Assembly: GCA_963740355.1 (NCBI GenBank)
Contig: CAVUDW010000001.1
Location: forward strand, 1 to 64,000
Direction: 5' to 3'
Length of the DNA: 64,000 bases
Source of the DNA: an uncultured Gemmatimonadaceae bacterium
GTDB taxonomy: Bacteria; Gemmatimonadota; Gemmatimonadetes; Gemmatimonadales; Gemmatimonadaceae
Part shown: positions 20,250-29,163 of the stretch, in pieces
Position numbering within the stretch: position 1 is the first letter of the stretch
Layout: each line of letters opens with the position of its first letter
Notes under the pieces: generated by a model
What the model saw: only the letters and a program-made list of their open reading frames with translations
What the model was told of the DNA's origin: nothing
Databases searched by the model: none
Made by a program: the position numbers and the translations under genes

Positions 20250-23200
20250 TTATGAGATCAGTCCCTTCAGGCGCGAGAACATACCCGAGGATTCCTGCGC
20301 AGTGGCGGCACCGGAGGACGTGCTCGCTGACTGAGTCGCCAACTCCGCGGCCGCCTGCTCCAGCGTCCCCACCAACAGGGCACGAGGATTGAGGTGTCGT
20401 CCGGTCGATTTGCGCACCTGCTCCACCACGCGGAAGCAGAGCAGCGACGTTCCGCCCAACCGGAAGAAGTTGTCGAGTACACTCACCTGCTCCACACCCA
20501 GCGCCGCCTTCCAGGCTTCAGCGAGCATCGCCTCGCTTTCGTTTCGCGGTGCGACCTGCTGCACGGTGGCACTGGCCGCCGCTGCGAACGGAGAAAGCAA
20601 CGCCTCGTACCGCACCACGCCACGCGCGTCGATCGGCAGCGCACTGAGCTCCACGATCCGCTGCGGCACACAGCGACGTGGGAGGCGCGTGCGCGCTGAA
20701 GTACGCAGTTCCGTCTCGGTGTAACGCGCCCCAGGGCGCGGCACCACGTAGGCTACGACCCGCAACTTTCCGGAGGCGTCCGGATGCATCGCGACAGCCG
20801 CTTCTGCAACCGACGGGTGCTGGCGAACGGCCTCCTCGATTGCGGTGGAACTGCACGCCACGCCGTCACACCACACGGTCGCGAAGTCATTCCGAATGAG
20901 TTGGATGCGCCCATCCGAAACGCGACGCGCTCGAACGCCCGTCGCGACCTGCGCCACGCCGCGCGACACCCGAAGGCGACCTGGAATCCCGAAGGGTGAC
21001 TTCCGCCCGTCGGCGTCGACGACATCGAGGCTCGCGCCCGCGACGCCAAGCACATTGGCGTAACTCGTCCCGTCGGTTGTGCGGGCAGCCTGCACGCAGG
21101 TTGCCCCGCCGTCGGTCGGGAGGCCGAACAACGTGAAGGCCGACGTAACTCGCGTCACCAACTTCCACATGTCTTCGCCACTCGCGAAGGCACCTGCCAC
21201 CAGCACACCGCGGAAGGTCGCCGGTGCGCTCCAGGACGTCGCGAGCAGCTGCTGCCACAGTCCGCTGTTTGCGAACAGAACGGTTGCTCCAGAATCCTCG
21301 AGCTCATCGGACAACTCGGAGGCATCTTCGCGGGCATCATCTGACGCGACCACGAGCGTTGCGCCCGCGGTCAGCGGCGCGAGCATTTCGAGCACCGCAG
21401 AAGGAGCCCCGGCGGCAAGGGTGGTGACGACGCTGTCACTCGACTCGATCGCGAGCGCAGCGACGACGTCGCGTGCCTGCGCGGCCAGAAGTGAAGCGCC
21501 CACGGTATGTACCGCGAGTGAACCACCGGCCGCTGGAACGGCGACGAGCACGGATGGCGTCTCGCCTGCGACGCTCACGGCCGTCACCGGGCTCACGTCG
21601 AGCAAATCATCGATGGTCAGTTCATGCGCCACACCGAGGTCGTCGCTATCCCCGTCGGTGATGACCGCCACCAGCTTGGCTGCGGTCGCGACCTGACGGT
21701 GGTAGCCAGCGGCATCGTCCACGTCGAGCAGGAGCACTGCGGCGCCAGCGCCCACGGCACCGAGAGTCGCCACGACACGATCGATTCCGACGGGCAAGGC
21801 AATGCCGACTGGCGCGCCAGGCACGACGCCAGCCTTGGTCAGCCCGCCGGTCACCCGCTGGGCGCGAGAGATCAGTTCAGCGTACGAGATGGACTTTCCA
21901 TTCGCCCGTACGGCGACACGTTCAGGCGCCGACACCGCGATCCGTGCAATCGCCGGAGCCGGTGCCTCGGCGTCGGTCGTGACCGGTACGTCGTGTGCGG
22001 CACGGTCAGCCGCCGACGACAAGTCGATGCTGCCAACCGTTCGCTCCGGGTTCTCCAGCACCGACATGAGGAACGTTCGGAGCTGCACAAGGAACGTTTC
22101 GGCGGTCACACGTTCGAAGAGCTCGGTGCTGTAATTCAATACAGCATAAAGCTTTGTACGCGTGTCCATCATCCACAACATGAGATCATTGGTCGTGAAG
22201 TGCTGCGGCACGTGATACTGCTCCACGCGCAACGATCCCATCGCTGCTGGGCGCTCACGCGCGTCCTGCATCGAGAACAGGGCGCGTACCGGCGGCACTC
22301 GCGTGCCGAGCAGTTCGAACGGCAATTCCTGGTTGCTGAACGAATCGAGTGTCGTGTCACGCACGGCGCGCAACAGATCCGGGAAGGCGAGCGTGGGTGA
22401 CACCCGCGTCCGCAGCAGCACCGTGTTCACGAATGGACCAACGATGACCTCGAGCTCAGGACGTGTTCGCGCACGAACCGGTGAGCCAACCAGCAGATCT
22501 TCCTGCCCGGTGTAGTGATGCAGGATGACGTTATAGGCGGCGAAGACGACCATGAAGAGAGTCGCGTCGTACTTTCGTGCGAGCGCGCGAAGCTGGTCGG
22601 CTTCCTCGATCGTGAACGGAAGCGAGATCTGGTTGCCTGAGTTGTCCGATAGCGACGGCCGCGGGAAATCGGTTGGAAGCGCGAGGTCCTGCAGGTCGCC
22701 AGCCAGCTGCGCCCGCCACCACTCACCCTGCGCCTTGGCCTCAGGCCCGGCGAGCCAGCTCGACTGCCACGCGCTGAAGTCGCCATACGTCACGGGGAGG
22801 GCGTTCAGCACCGGCGCCCGCTTCTCTTCATCAGCGGCATAGAGCTCCGTCACTTCCTTGAGGAAGAGGTCGAAGCTCCAGCCGTCCCAGACCATGCCGT
22901 GCTGCAACGAGTACAGCAGGTGGTGCTGGTCAGCCAGCTTGAAAATGCACGCCCGATAAAGCGGCGCTACGGAGAGATCGAACGTCGTGTACTGCTGCTC
23001 CTGGAAATACGCGACCAGTGCTTCCTGCTGTGCAGCCTCGTCCAGTGCAGACAAATCGCGGCGATCGAGCTTGAAGGTGCTGGTCGGTGCAACGACCTGC
23101 CGGCGTTCGCCGTCGATGGTGTGGAAGCTGGTGCGCAGCGTGGCGTGGCGCGCGATCAGCGCGTCGAACGCACGCTCGAGCCGTCCGAAGTCGAGATCAC

Positions 23201-26200
23201 CGAACAGCCTCCACGACGCACTGTGTGCGTGCGCGGACCGTTGGGTTGGCTCCAGCTCCTCGAGCAGCCAGAGCCGCTCCTGCAGCACCGAGAGCGGTGC
23301 GACGGTCGCGTCAGGGCGATGCGGAATCGACTCGACGACCATCGGTGCCGAGAGCGGAGCGCCGCTGGCGCGCGACTGGTCGACCAGCGCGCCCAGCGCC
23401 CGCACCGTTGGAGCTTCGAAGATCTTCCGGAAGGACAACTGGATGCCGTGGTCGCGACGCAGTCGCGAGAGCACCTGCGATGCCAGCAGTGAATGCCCAC
23501 CAAGCGAGAAGAAGTCCGCGACGACGCTGACCTTCTCGAGCCCGAGCACCTCCGCCCACAATCCGGCGATGATCGTCTCGGCCTCCGTCGCGGGCGCGAC
23601 GAACTCACTTTCAGCCACTACTGCCGCACCGGCCTGCGGTGCGGGTAATGCCTTTCGGTCCACCTTGCCGCTGGGGGTCAGCGGCATCGCGTCCATGCGT
23701 ACGAAGGTGTAAGGCACCATGTAATCAGGCAGCGAGGCCTTGGCGAACGCCCGCAGCTTGTCCGAGATGACGTCGTCGGAATCGGTGACGAGATAGGCGA
23801 CGAGCCGGACGTCGTTGACGCGATCCTCGCGTGCGATCACAGCCGCCTCGCGCACCCCGTCCCACTTCATCAGCACCGCTTCGATCTCGCCCGGCTCGAT
23901 GCGGAAGCCTCGCACCTTGACCTGGTTGTCATTGCGGCCGAGACACTCCAGTTCCCCAGTCGGCAGCAGTCGGACCAAGTCACCGGTGCGGTAGATCAGC
24001 GCACCAGGGGTGGTCGGATCAGCGATGAATCGCTCGGCGGTCAGGTCCGGGCGATTGAGGTAGCCCTTGGTCACGCCGCGACCCGCAATGAACATCTCGC
24101 CCGGAACGCCGATCGGCGTCTGTTGTCCCTGCCCGTCGAGGATCTGTACCACGGTGTTCGCCACTGGCCGGCCAATCAAGACCTTCTTCACCGGCGACGT
24201 CACGCGCGCGAATGTCGACCAGACCGTGGTTTCAGTTGGCCCGTAGCCGTTCCACACTTCAGCCGCACATGAGGTGAGCGTCTCGGCAAGGTCCTTCGGC
24301 ATCGCTTCACCCGTGCAGATCACGCGGAGCTTGGCGTCACCCTTCCAGCCGGACGCGAGCAGCAGACGATAGGTCGCCGGGGTCGCATCGATGAAGGTGA
24401 CGCCGGTGGACTCGACGAGCTGCATCAGCATCGCGCCGTCGGATGCCACTTCGCGCGACGCAAGGACGATCCGTGCGCCAACGGTCAGCGGAAGGATGAC
24501 CTCCGAGACGGCGATGTCGAACGACAGAGTGGTGATCGCCAGCACGGTGTCGACGCTGCGGAGGCCCGGCTCGCGCTGCACACTGGCCAACAGGTTCACG
24601 ACCGATCGGTGAGGCACCAGCACACCCTTCGGCTTGCCAGTGGAGCCGGAGGTATAGATGACGTACGCCGTGTCTTCCGGCTGCGCCGAGCTAGCTGAAT
24701 CGACGGTATCCGCGTCTGGACAGGCGGCAATCGCCGCTGCGTCCGTATCGACGAGAACCGTTGCCGTAGCCGGCAGCGACACCTCCGACGCGATCCTCGA
24801 ATCCGTGATCAGGACCGCCAGGGCAGCGTCACTGGCCATGTAGCTGAGTCGATCTGCCGGATAGTTCGGGTCGAGTGGCACATAACCCGCTCCCGACTTC
24901 AGCGCAGCGACCAGCGCGACCAGCAGTTCAGGCGTGCGATCGAGGCACAGCCCAACGAGGGCACCAGGACGAACCCCCTTCTCGCGAAGCAAGTGCGCGA
25001 GCTTGTTCGCGCGACGGTTCAGCTCCGCATACGACACACGCGTGCCCTGGAACTCGATCGCAATCGCGTCAGGCGTTCGGGCTGCTTGCGCCTCGATCAT
25101 CCGATGCACCAGGGTCTCGGCAGGCAACGCGAGGCCGGTGTCGTTGCACGAGTCGAGCGCGGCGCGGTCGGCATCGGTCAGGATCGGCAGCGTCCCAACC
25201 GTCGCCGACGGGTTTGCCACGAACCCTTCCAGCAACCGCTCGTAGCTCTCAAGCCAGCGTCGAATCGTCGCGGCATCGAAGAGATCACTGTTGTACTGAC
25301 ACTCGAGAATCAGGCCGTCGTCGGTCTCGAGCGCATTCACGAAGAGATCGAAGTTCTCGAAGGCGCGCGGAATACTCACCATCTCGGCAGCGATGCCGTC
25401 AAACGGCATTGCCGACGCTGGCAGTGACCGATCGACGTTGAACATCACCGACACGAGCGGAATGCGGCTCGGATCACGCGGAAGTTGCAGACGCTCCAGC
25501 AGGCTTCCGAATCCAAGGCGCTGATGCTCGAACGCGTCCAGCGCCGTCGTCCGCACGGCAGCGAGATAGTCGCTGAACGCCGTCGTGCCCACGGGGCGGA
25601 CACGGATCGGAAGCATGTTGACGCAGTGCCCAACGAGTCCGGTGCGCCCAGACGCCGACTGTCCGGCGGACGGCACACCAAGCACCAGGTCATCCTGACC
25701 GGACAGACGGTGGACCAGTGTCGAGAAACCTGCCAGCAGCGTTGCGAACATGCTGCTGTTGGTCTTCATGCCAGCCGCGCGCACGGCGCGCGCCAGCTCG
25801 AGTGACAGCGTGCGGTCCTCGCGCCCGGCGTCGAATGTCTTCAGCGCTGGACGAGGACGGTCATTTGGCAGGTCGAGAACGGGCACCGAGCCCTTGTACT
25901 GATCCAGCCAGTACTTCTCATCCTCTGCGCGCTCCGCGCCGTGCGCCGCCTCGGCCGTTTCGCGGGCATAGTCGCTGAACGACTCTGCGGGCGCGAGGTT
26001 GGCGGATGTACCTGAGTGTCGCGCGTTGTAGAGCGCCGCCAGGTCGCTGCCGATGACTCCGAACGACCAGCCGTCACAGATGATGTGATGGGCCGACAGC
26101 ACGAGCTCGTGCAGCTCTGGTGAGAGCTGGAGCAGGCGCGCGCGAACCAGCGGCCCGTGCTCGAGATCGAACTCCTCGGTGACCACGCCGCGCAACACCG

Positions 26201-26561
26201 ATTGCCGCTGCACCTCACGGTCGGTCTCGGAGGAACGCGTCAGGTCAAGCACCGGCATGTCCAGTTCCGTCGCTTCACCGATCATCAGCGTGAGGCCATC
26301 ACTGCTGAAGGTCGACCGCAACGCCTCATGGCGCGCTACGAGATCGCCAAGCGCTGCGCGCAAGGCGATGACATCCAGTGCGCCGCGCAACCGGATGATG
26401 ATGGCTTCATTGTACGCCAGCGACGCAGCCCGCCCCATCTGGGCCGCAGCCCAGACTTCACGTTGTGCTTCGGTCGACGCGACTACAAGCGAGATTGCGG
26501 GGCCTGCGAACGGATCGTACTCCACTCCGCCCACATCCCCGTACTCCAGCGATTCCGACAT
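20250..26561 (-). CDS. Non-ribosomal peptide synthetase, C-A-T-C*-A*-T, with no thioesterase or reductase domain
   Basis: HHIICDG; YTSGSTGKPKG, FDI, NGYGPTE, YRTGDL, GRNDNQVKVRGFRIE, SGKVDR; FFSLGGHS; second C HGMVWDG; degenerate A; FFRLGGTS. Confidence 0.95.
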   Translation of the reverse strand: MSESLEYGDVGGVEYDPFAGPAISLVVASTEAQREVWAAAQMGRAASLAYNEAIIIRLRGALDVIALRAALGDLVARHEALRSTFSSDGLTLMIGEATELDMPVLDLTRSSETDREVQRQSVLRGVVTEEFDLEHGPLVRARLLQLSPELHELVLSAHHIICDGWSFGVIGSDLAALYNARHSGTSANLAPAESFSDYARETAEAAHGAERAEDEKYWLDQYKGSVPVLDLPNDRPRPALKTFDAGREDRTLSLELARAVRAAGMKTNSSMFATLLAGFSTLVHRLSGQDDLVLGVPSAGQSASGRTGLVGHCVNMLPIRVRPVGTTAFSDYLAAVRTTALDAFEHQRLGFGSLLERLQLPRDPSRIPLVSVMFNVDRSLPASAMPFDGIAAEMVSIPRAFENFDLFVNALETDDGLILECQYNSDLFDAATIRRWLESYERLLEGFVANPSATVGTLPILTDADRAALDSCNDTGLALPAETLVHRMIEAQAARTPDAIAIEFQGTRVSYAELNRRANKLAHLLREKGVRPGALVGLCLDRTPELLVALVAALKSGAGYVPLDPNYPADRLSYMASDAALAVLITDSRIASEVSLPATATVLVDTDAAAIAACPDADTVDSASSAQPEDTAYVIYTSGSTGKPKGVLVPHRSVVNLLASVQREPGLRSVDTVLAITTLSFDIAVSEVILPLTVGARIVLASREVASDGAMLMQLVESTGVTFIDATPATYRLLLASGWKGDAKLRVICTGEAMPKDLAETLTSCAAEVWNGYGPTETTVWSTFARVTSPVKKVLIGRPVANTVVQILDGQGQQTPIGVPGEMFIAGRGVTKGYLNRPDLTAERFIADPTTPGALIYRTGDLVRLLPTGELECLGRNDNQVKVRGFRIEPGEIEAVLMKWDGVREAAVIAREDRVNDVRLVAYLVTDSDDVISDKLRAFAKASLPDYMVPYTFVRMDAMPLTPSGKVDRKALPAPQAGAAVVAESEFVAPATEAETIIAGLWAEVLGLEKVSVVADFFSLGGHSLLASQVLSRLRRDHGIQLSFRKIFEAPTVRALGALVDQSRASGAPLSAPMVVESIPHRPDATVAPLSVLQERLWLLEELEPTQRSAHAHSASWRLFGDLDFGRLERAFDALIARHATLRTSFHTIDGERRQVVAPTSTFKLDRRDLSALDEAAQQEALVAYFQEQQYTTFDLSVAPLYRACIFKLADQHHLLYSLQHGMVWDGWSFDLFLKEVTELYAADEEKRAPVLNALPVTYGDFSAWQSSWLAGPEAKAQGEWWRAQLAGDLQDLALPTDFPRPSLSDNSGNQISLPFTIEEADQLRALARKYDATLFMVVFAAYNVILHHYTGQEDLLVGSPVRARTRPELEVIVGPFVNTVLLRTRVSPTLAFPDLLRAVRDTTLDSFSNQELPFELLGTRVPPVRALFSMQDARERPAAMGSLRVEQYHVPQHFTTNDLMLWMMDTRTKLYAVLNYSTELFERVTAETFLVQLRTFLMSVLENPERTVGSIDLSSAADRAAHDVPVTTDAEAPAPAIARIAVSAPERVAVRANGKSISYAELISRAQRVTGGLTKAGVVPGAPVGIALPVGIDRVVATLGAVGAGAAVLLLDVDDAAGYHRQVATAAKLVAVITDGDSDDLGVAHELTIDDLLDVSPVTAVSVAGETPSVLVAVPAAGGSLAVHTVGASLLAAQARDVVAALAIESSDSVVTTLAAGAPSAVLEMLAPLTAGATLVVASDDAREDASELSDELEDSGATVLFANSGLWQQLLATSWSAPATFRGVLVAGAFASGEDMWKLVTRVTSAFTLFGLPTDGGATCVQAARTTDGTSYANVLGVAGASLDVVDADGRKSPFGIPGRLRVSRGVAQVATGVRARRVSDGRIQLIRNDFATVWCDGVACSSTAIEEAVRQHPSVAEAAVAMHPDASGKLRVVAYVVPRPGARYTETELRTSARTRLPRRCVPQRIVELSALPIDARGVVRYEALLSPFAAAASATVQQVAPRNESEAMLAEAWKAALGVEQVSVLDNFFRLGGTSLLCFRVVEQVRKSTGRHLNPRALLVGTLEQAAAELATQSASTSSGAATAQESSGMFSRLKGLIS

Positions 26562-26582
26562 TTTTTGGTCCTTTCGCGATGA

Positions 26583-27422
26583 TCAGCGAGTCTCTACAAG
26601 TGGTATTTCGACTGTCGGTACTGACACGACCCTCGGTTGCAAGGCAATCGAGCGAACACGTTGTGCCTTGAGGAGCCGCGCAGTTCGGAAGAGGATCCCG
26701 ACGAAACGCGGACCGCGGATCAGGTAGCGTTTCCAGAGTCGTTTGGGATCCTGCAGTAGTCGATATGCCCATTCGAACCCGGCATTCGAGACCCAGCGGG
26801 GCGCCCGACTGATCTGGCCAGAGATGAAGTCGAGACTGGCGCCGACTCCGATCGCGACGGCCGGACGAATCTCGTCCAGGCATCGTGCAATCCAGAGCTC
26901 CTGCTTCGGTGCGCCAAGTGCGACGAACACGATGTCAGGCTTCGCGGCACGCACGCGCTCGAGCACGCCAGCATCACCCTCCTTCGATCCGTCCATCGAG
27001 ACGAATGAGGGATCGATTCCGACGATACGCACGCCGAAGCGCTGCACCAGTCGTTCGGCTGCGAGTTCTGCTGCGCCCGGCTCACCCGGCATGCCGCCGA
27101 GGAGGTACACGCCCCAATTCTGCTCGGCTGCGAGCTGGACGATCGGGATGATCATGTCGGATCCCGACAGCTTCTCCGGAATGCGCTTGCCAAGCAGGCG
27201 CGACGTCCAGACGAGCGGCATGCCGTCGGCGAATGACAGGTCGGCGCGGCGATACGCGCGGCGCAGACCGGCGTGTTCATCCGCCATCACCACGTGATCG
27301 ACGTTCGGCGTGAAGATCGCGCCGCCTAGCCCGCGATGAACGAGATCGCGCACCGCGACGATCGCGTCATCAAAGGCGAGAGCGTCGACCCACAACCGAC
27401 CGAAACGAACACGATGGCGCAC
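26583..27422 (-). CDS. WecB/TagA/CpsF family glycosyltransferase (GT26, EpsA-like)
   Basis: TPNVDH, ADGMPL, SGSD, VALGAPKQE, RAP.W....GFEW.YRL.Q.PKRL..RY. Confidence 0.93.
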   Translation of the reverse strand: MRHRVRFGRLWVDALAFDDAIVAVRDLVHRGLGGAIFTPNVDHVVMADEHAGLRRAYRRADLSFADGMPLVWTSRLLGKRIPEKLSGSDMIIPIVQLAAEQNWGVYLLGGMPGEPGAAELAAERLVQRFGVRIVGIDPSFVSMDGSKEGDAGVLERVRAAKPDIVFVALGAPKQELWIARCLDEIRPAVAIGVGASLDFISGQISRAPRWVSNAGFEWAYRLLQDPKRLWKRYLIRGPRFVGILFRTARLLKAQRVRSIALQPRVVSVPTVEIPLVETR

Positions 27423-27433
27423 GTGCGCGGTCC

Positions 27434-27967
27434 TCAGGCGGCGGAAACAGTGATCGCGCCGAGGAATGCCCCGCGCCCAACCACCGCCAGAGTGCGTCGC
27501 GCAGCGGCGAGCGACGTGTCACCCAGCGGCACCACCAGCACACCGACATCGCAGCCACGGATGATCGGGACCGCGCTGTTGTCTTCCAGCGGCGATGCCA
27601 CCGCGACGATGGTGCGCTGGTCGAGCGCACTGCGATCACGCAGTTCGCCAATGATCCCCTGGACACGCGACGGTGGAACGCGCTCGGCCTCGATCAGACT
27701 CAGCGAGCCTTCGTCGTACGTCCGTCCTGCGTCAGCGAGCGCGCGCGCGACGGCGAGCACGGAGATGCCAGGGTGCGCCGGCACGAGCACCATCGAGCTC
27801 CAGCGATGTTGCGCGAAGGCGAACCAGACTGGCGGCCAGTCTTCAGGCCCTGCGACGATGTCGGGGCGCGCGATCAGGCGCACACCGTCGATCGACTCAG
27901 CTGGGACTACCTCATTGCGACGATCCATCTGAACTCCTGAAGGCTTTGGCTTATCGATGGTGATCAT
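27434..27967 (-). CDS. Stand-alone BY-kinase-like pseudokinase (CpsD/WzeX-like)
   Basis: P-loop-like secondary pattern (LVLV...ARALA, IVAV.SP, D..VLVV..G.T, FLGA) without the Walker A GK; position beside a kinase-less Wzc. Confidence 0.6.
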   Translation of the reverse strand: MITIDKPKPSGVQMDRRNEVVPAESIDGVRLIARPDIVAGPEDWPPVWFAFAQHRWSSMVLVPAHPGISVLAVARALADAGRTYDEGSLSLIEAERVPPSRVQGIIGELRDRSALDQRTIVAVASPLEDNSAVPIIRGCDVGVLVVPLGDTSLAAARRTLAVVGRGAFLGAITVSAA

Positions 27968-29163
27968 ATCTCATCCGAGCGCGTTGTGCGCACCCATTCT
28001 CCTGTACGTCGGGTTGGCTTCAACATCAGTGTGATCTTCCAGACGGCGAAAACGGGAGCCCACATCAAGTCCAGCACGGCACGTGGCCCAGTGCCGGACA
28101 ACACCGCCCCTCGCACGACATACGAGCTCAACAGGACCAAAGCGATCGCCCACGGAACGATCCCCATTCCGCCGGCGATCCCAAGCCACGTCAAAAGACT
28201 CGCGAGACCAAGTCCCGCAACCACCAGCGCACCCAGCGTCGTGAGCGGCGGCACGAGCAGATCGGCCGCCAGATCGAGCGGAATCTTCCCGCCCGTGCCA
28301 CGCGCCGCGCGGAGCAGCGGAGGCACATGCGCCTTCACGAGTTCCAGCCGTCCACCCTCCCACCGCTCGCGCTGGGAGCGTGACGCCGCCGCCGAGGCAG
28401 GCATGTCGCCACGCACTTCAGCCTCATGCACATACGCGATGCGAGTGTAGGTCAGGCCGAGTGCCACGCCGTACTCCACATCCTCGACGATGCTGAACGC
28501 GCGCGGCGGCACCTTGCGGATCAGCGCAGTGCTGAAACCCATGCCATTGCCACGAAGCCCGCACGACAGGCCAAGGCGCTCCCGCCCCAGCGAGCGCACC
28601 GTGTGAAACATCGTCAACGCGATCACCATCAGGCGCGTGCGCCACGACTCGTTCGCGTTGCGGACACCGTACTCCGCCTGAACGGCTTCAGCGCCAGCCA
28701 CGAACCGCGCCGAAAACGCGCTCAGCAGGTTTGCCGAGACGGATGTATCCGCATCGACCACCACAACCGCCGACGCGAAACCATCCGACAACGATGCTGC
28801 GTACGCGTGGGCCAGTGCGTACCCCTTGCCCCGTTCGGTGGCGTGCTGGCGCTCGAGCACCGTCGCGCCGGCCGCTCGCGCGCGATCGGCAGTGTCATCG
28901 GTACAGTTGTCAGCCACCACCAGGATGCGAAACTGTTCCGGCGGATAGTCGAGCGCCTGCAGGCTGGCGATCGTTCCGCCGATCCCGCCGGACTCGTTGT
29001 GCGCCGGGACAATGATGTCGAAGCGTGTCGATCGATCCGCGGCTGGCGGAGCAATCTTCGCCGAGAGCAGCGTCAACAGCGCGAGGTATGCCGTCGCCAG
29101 CAGGACCGGAACCGCAGCCACCCACAGCAGCACGTCCGCCGTGCCGAGCGTCAGCCCACTCAT
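27964..29163 (-). CDS. Membrane-anchored glycosyltransferase family 2 (EpsU/EpsD-like)
   Basis: VPAHNE, ADNCTDDT, RGKG.AL, DAD, GNGM, EDVE, QRERW; N- and C-terminal TM. Confidence 0.9.
   Translation of the reverse strand: MSGLTLGTADVLLWVAAVPVLLATAYLALLTLLSAKIAPPAADRSTRFDIIVPAHNESGGIGGTIASLQALDYPPEQFRILVVADNCTDDTADRARAAGATVLERQHATERGKGYALAHAYAASLSDGFASAVVVVDADTSVSANLLSAFSARFVAGAEAVQAEYGVRNANESWRTRLMVIALTMFHTVRSLGRERLGLSCGLRGNGMGFSTALIRKVPPRAFSIVEDVEYGVALGLTYTRIAYVHEAEVRGDMPASAAASRSQRERWEGGRLELVKAHVPPLLRAARGTGGKIPLDLAADLLVPPLTTLGALVVAGLGLASLLTWLGIAGGMGIVPWAIALVLLSSYVVRGAVLSGTGPRAVLDLMWAPVFAVWKITLMLKPTRRTGEWVRTTRSDEI

Noticed and set aside
20250..26561. NRPS as a stand-alone antibiotic or siderophore cluster
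   Set aside because: Only one active A domain, no TE, no exporter, TonB receptor or resistance gene, and it sits at the end of an EPS operon; disfavoured but not formally excluded
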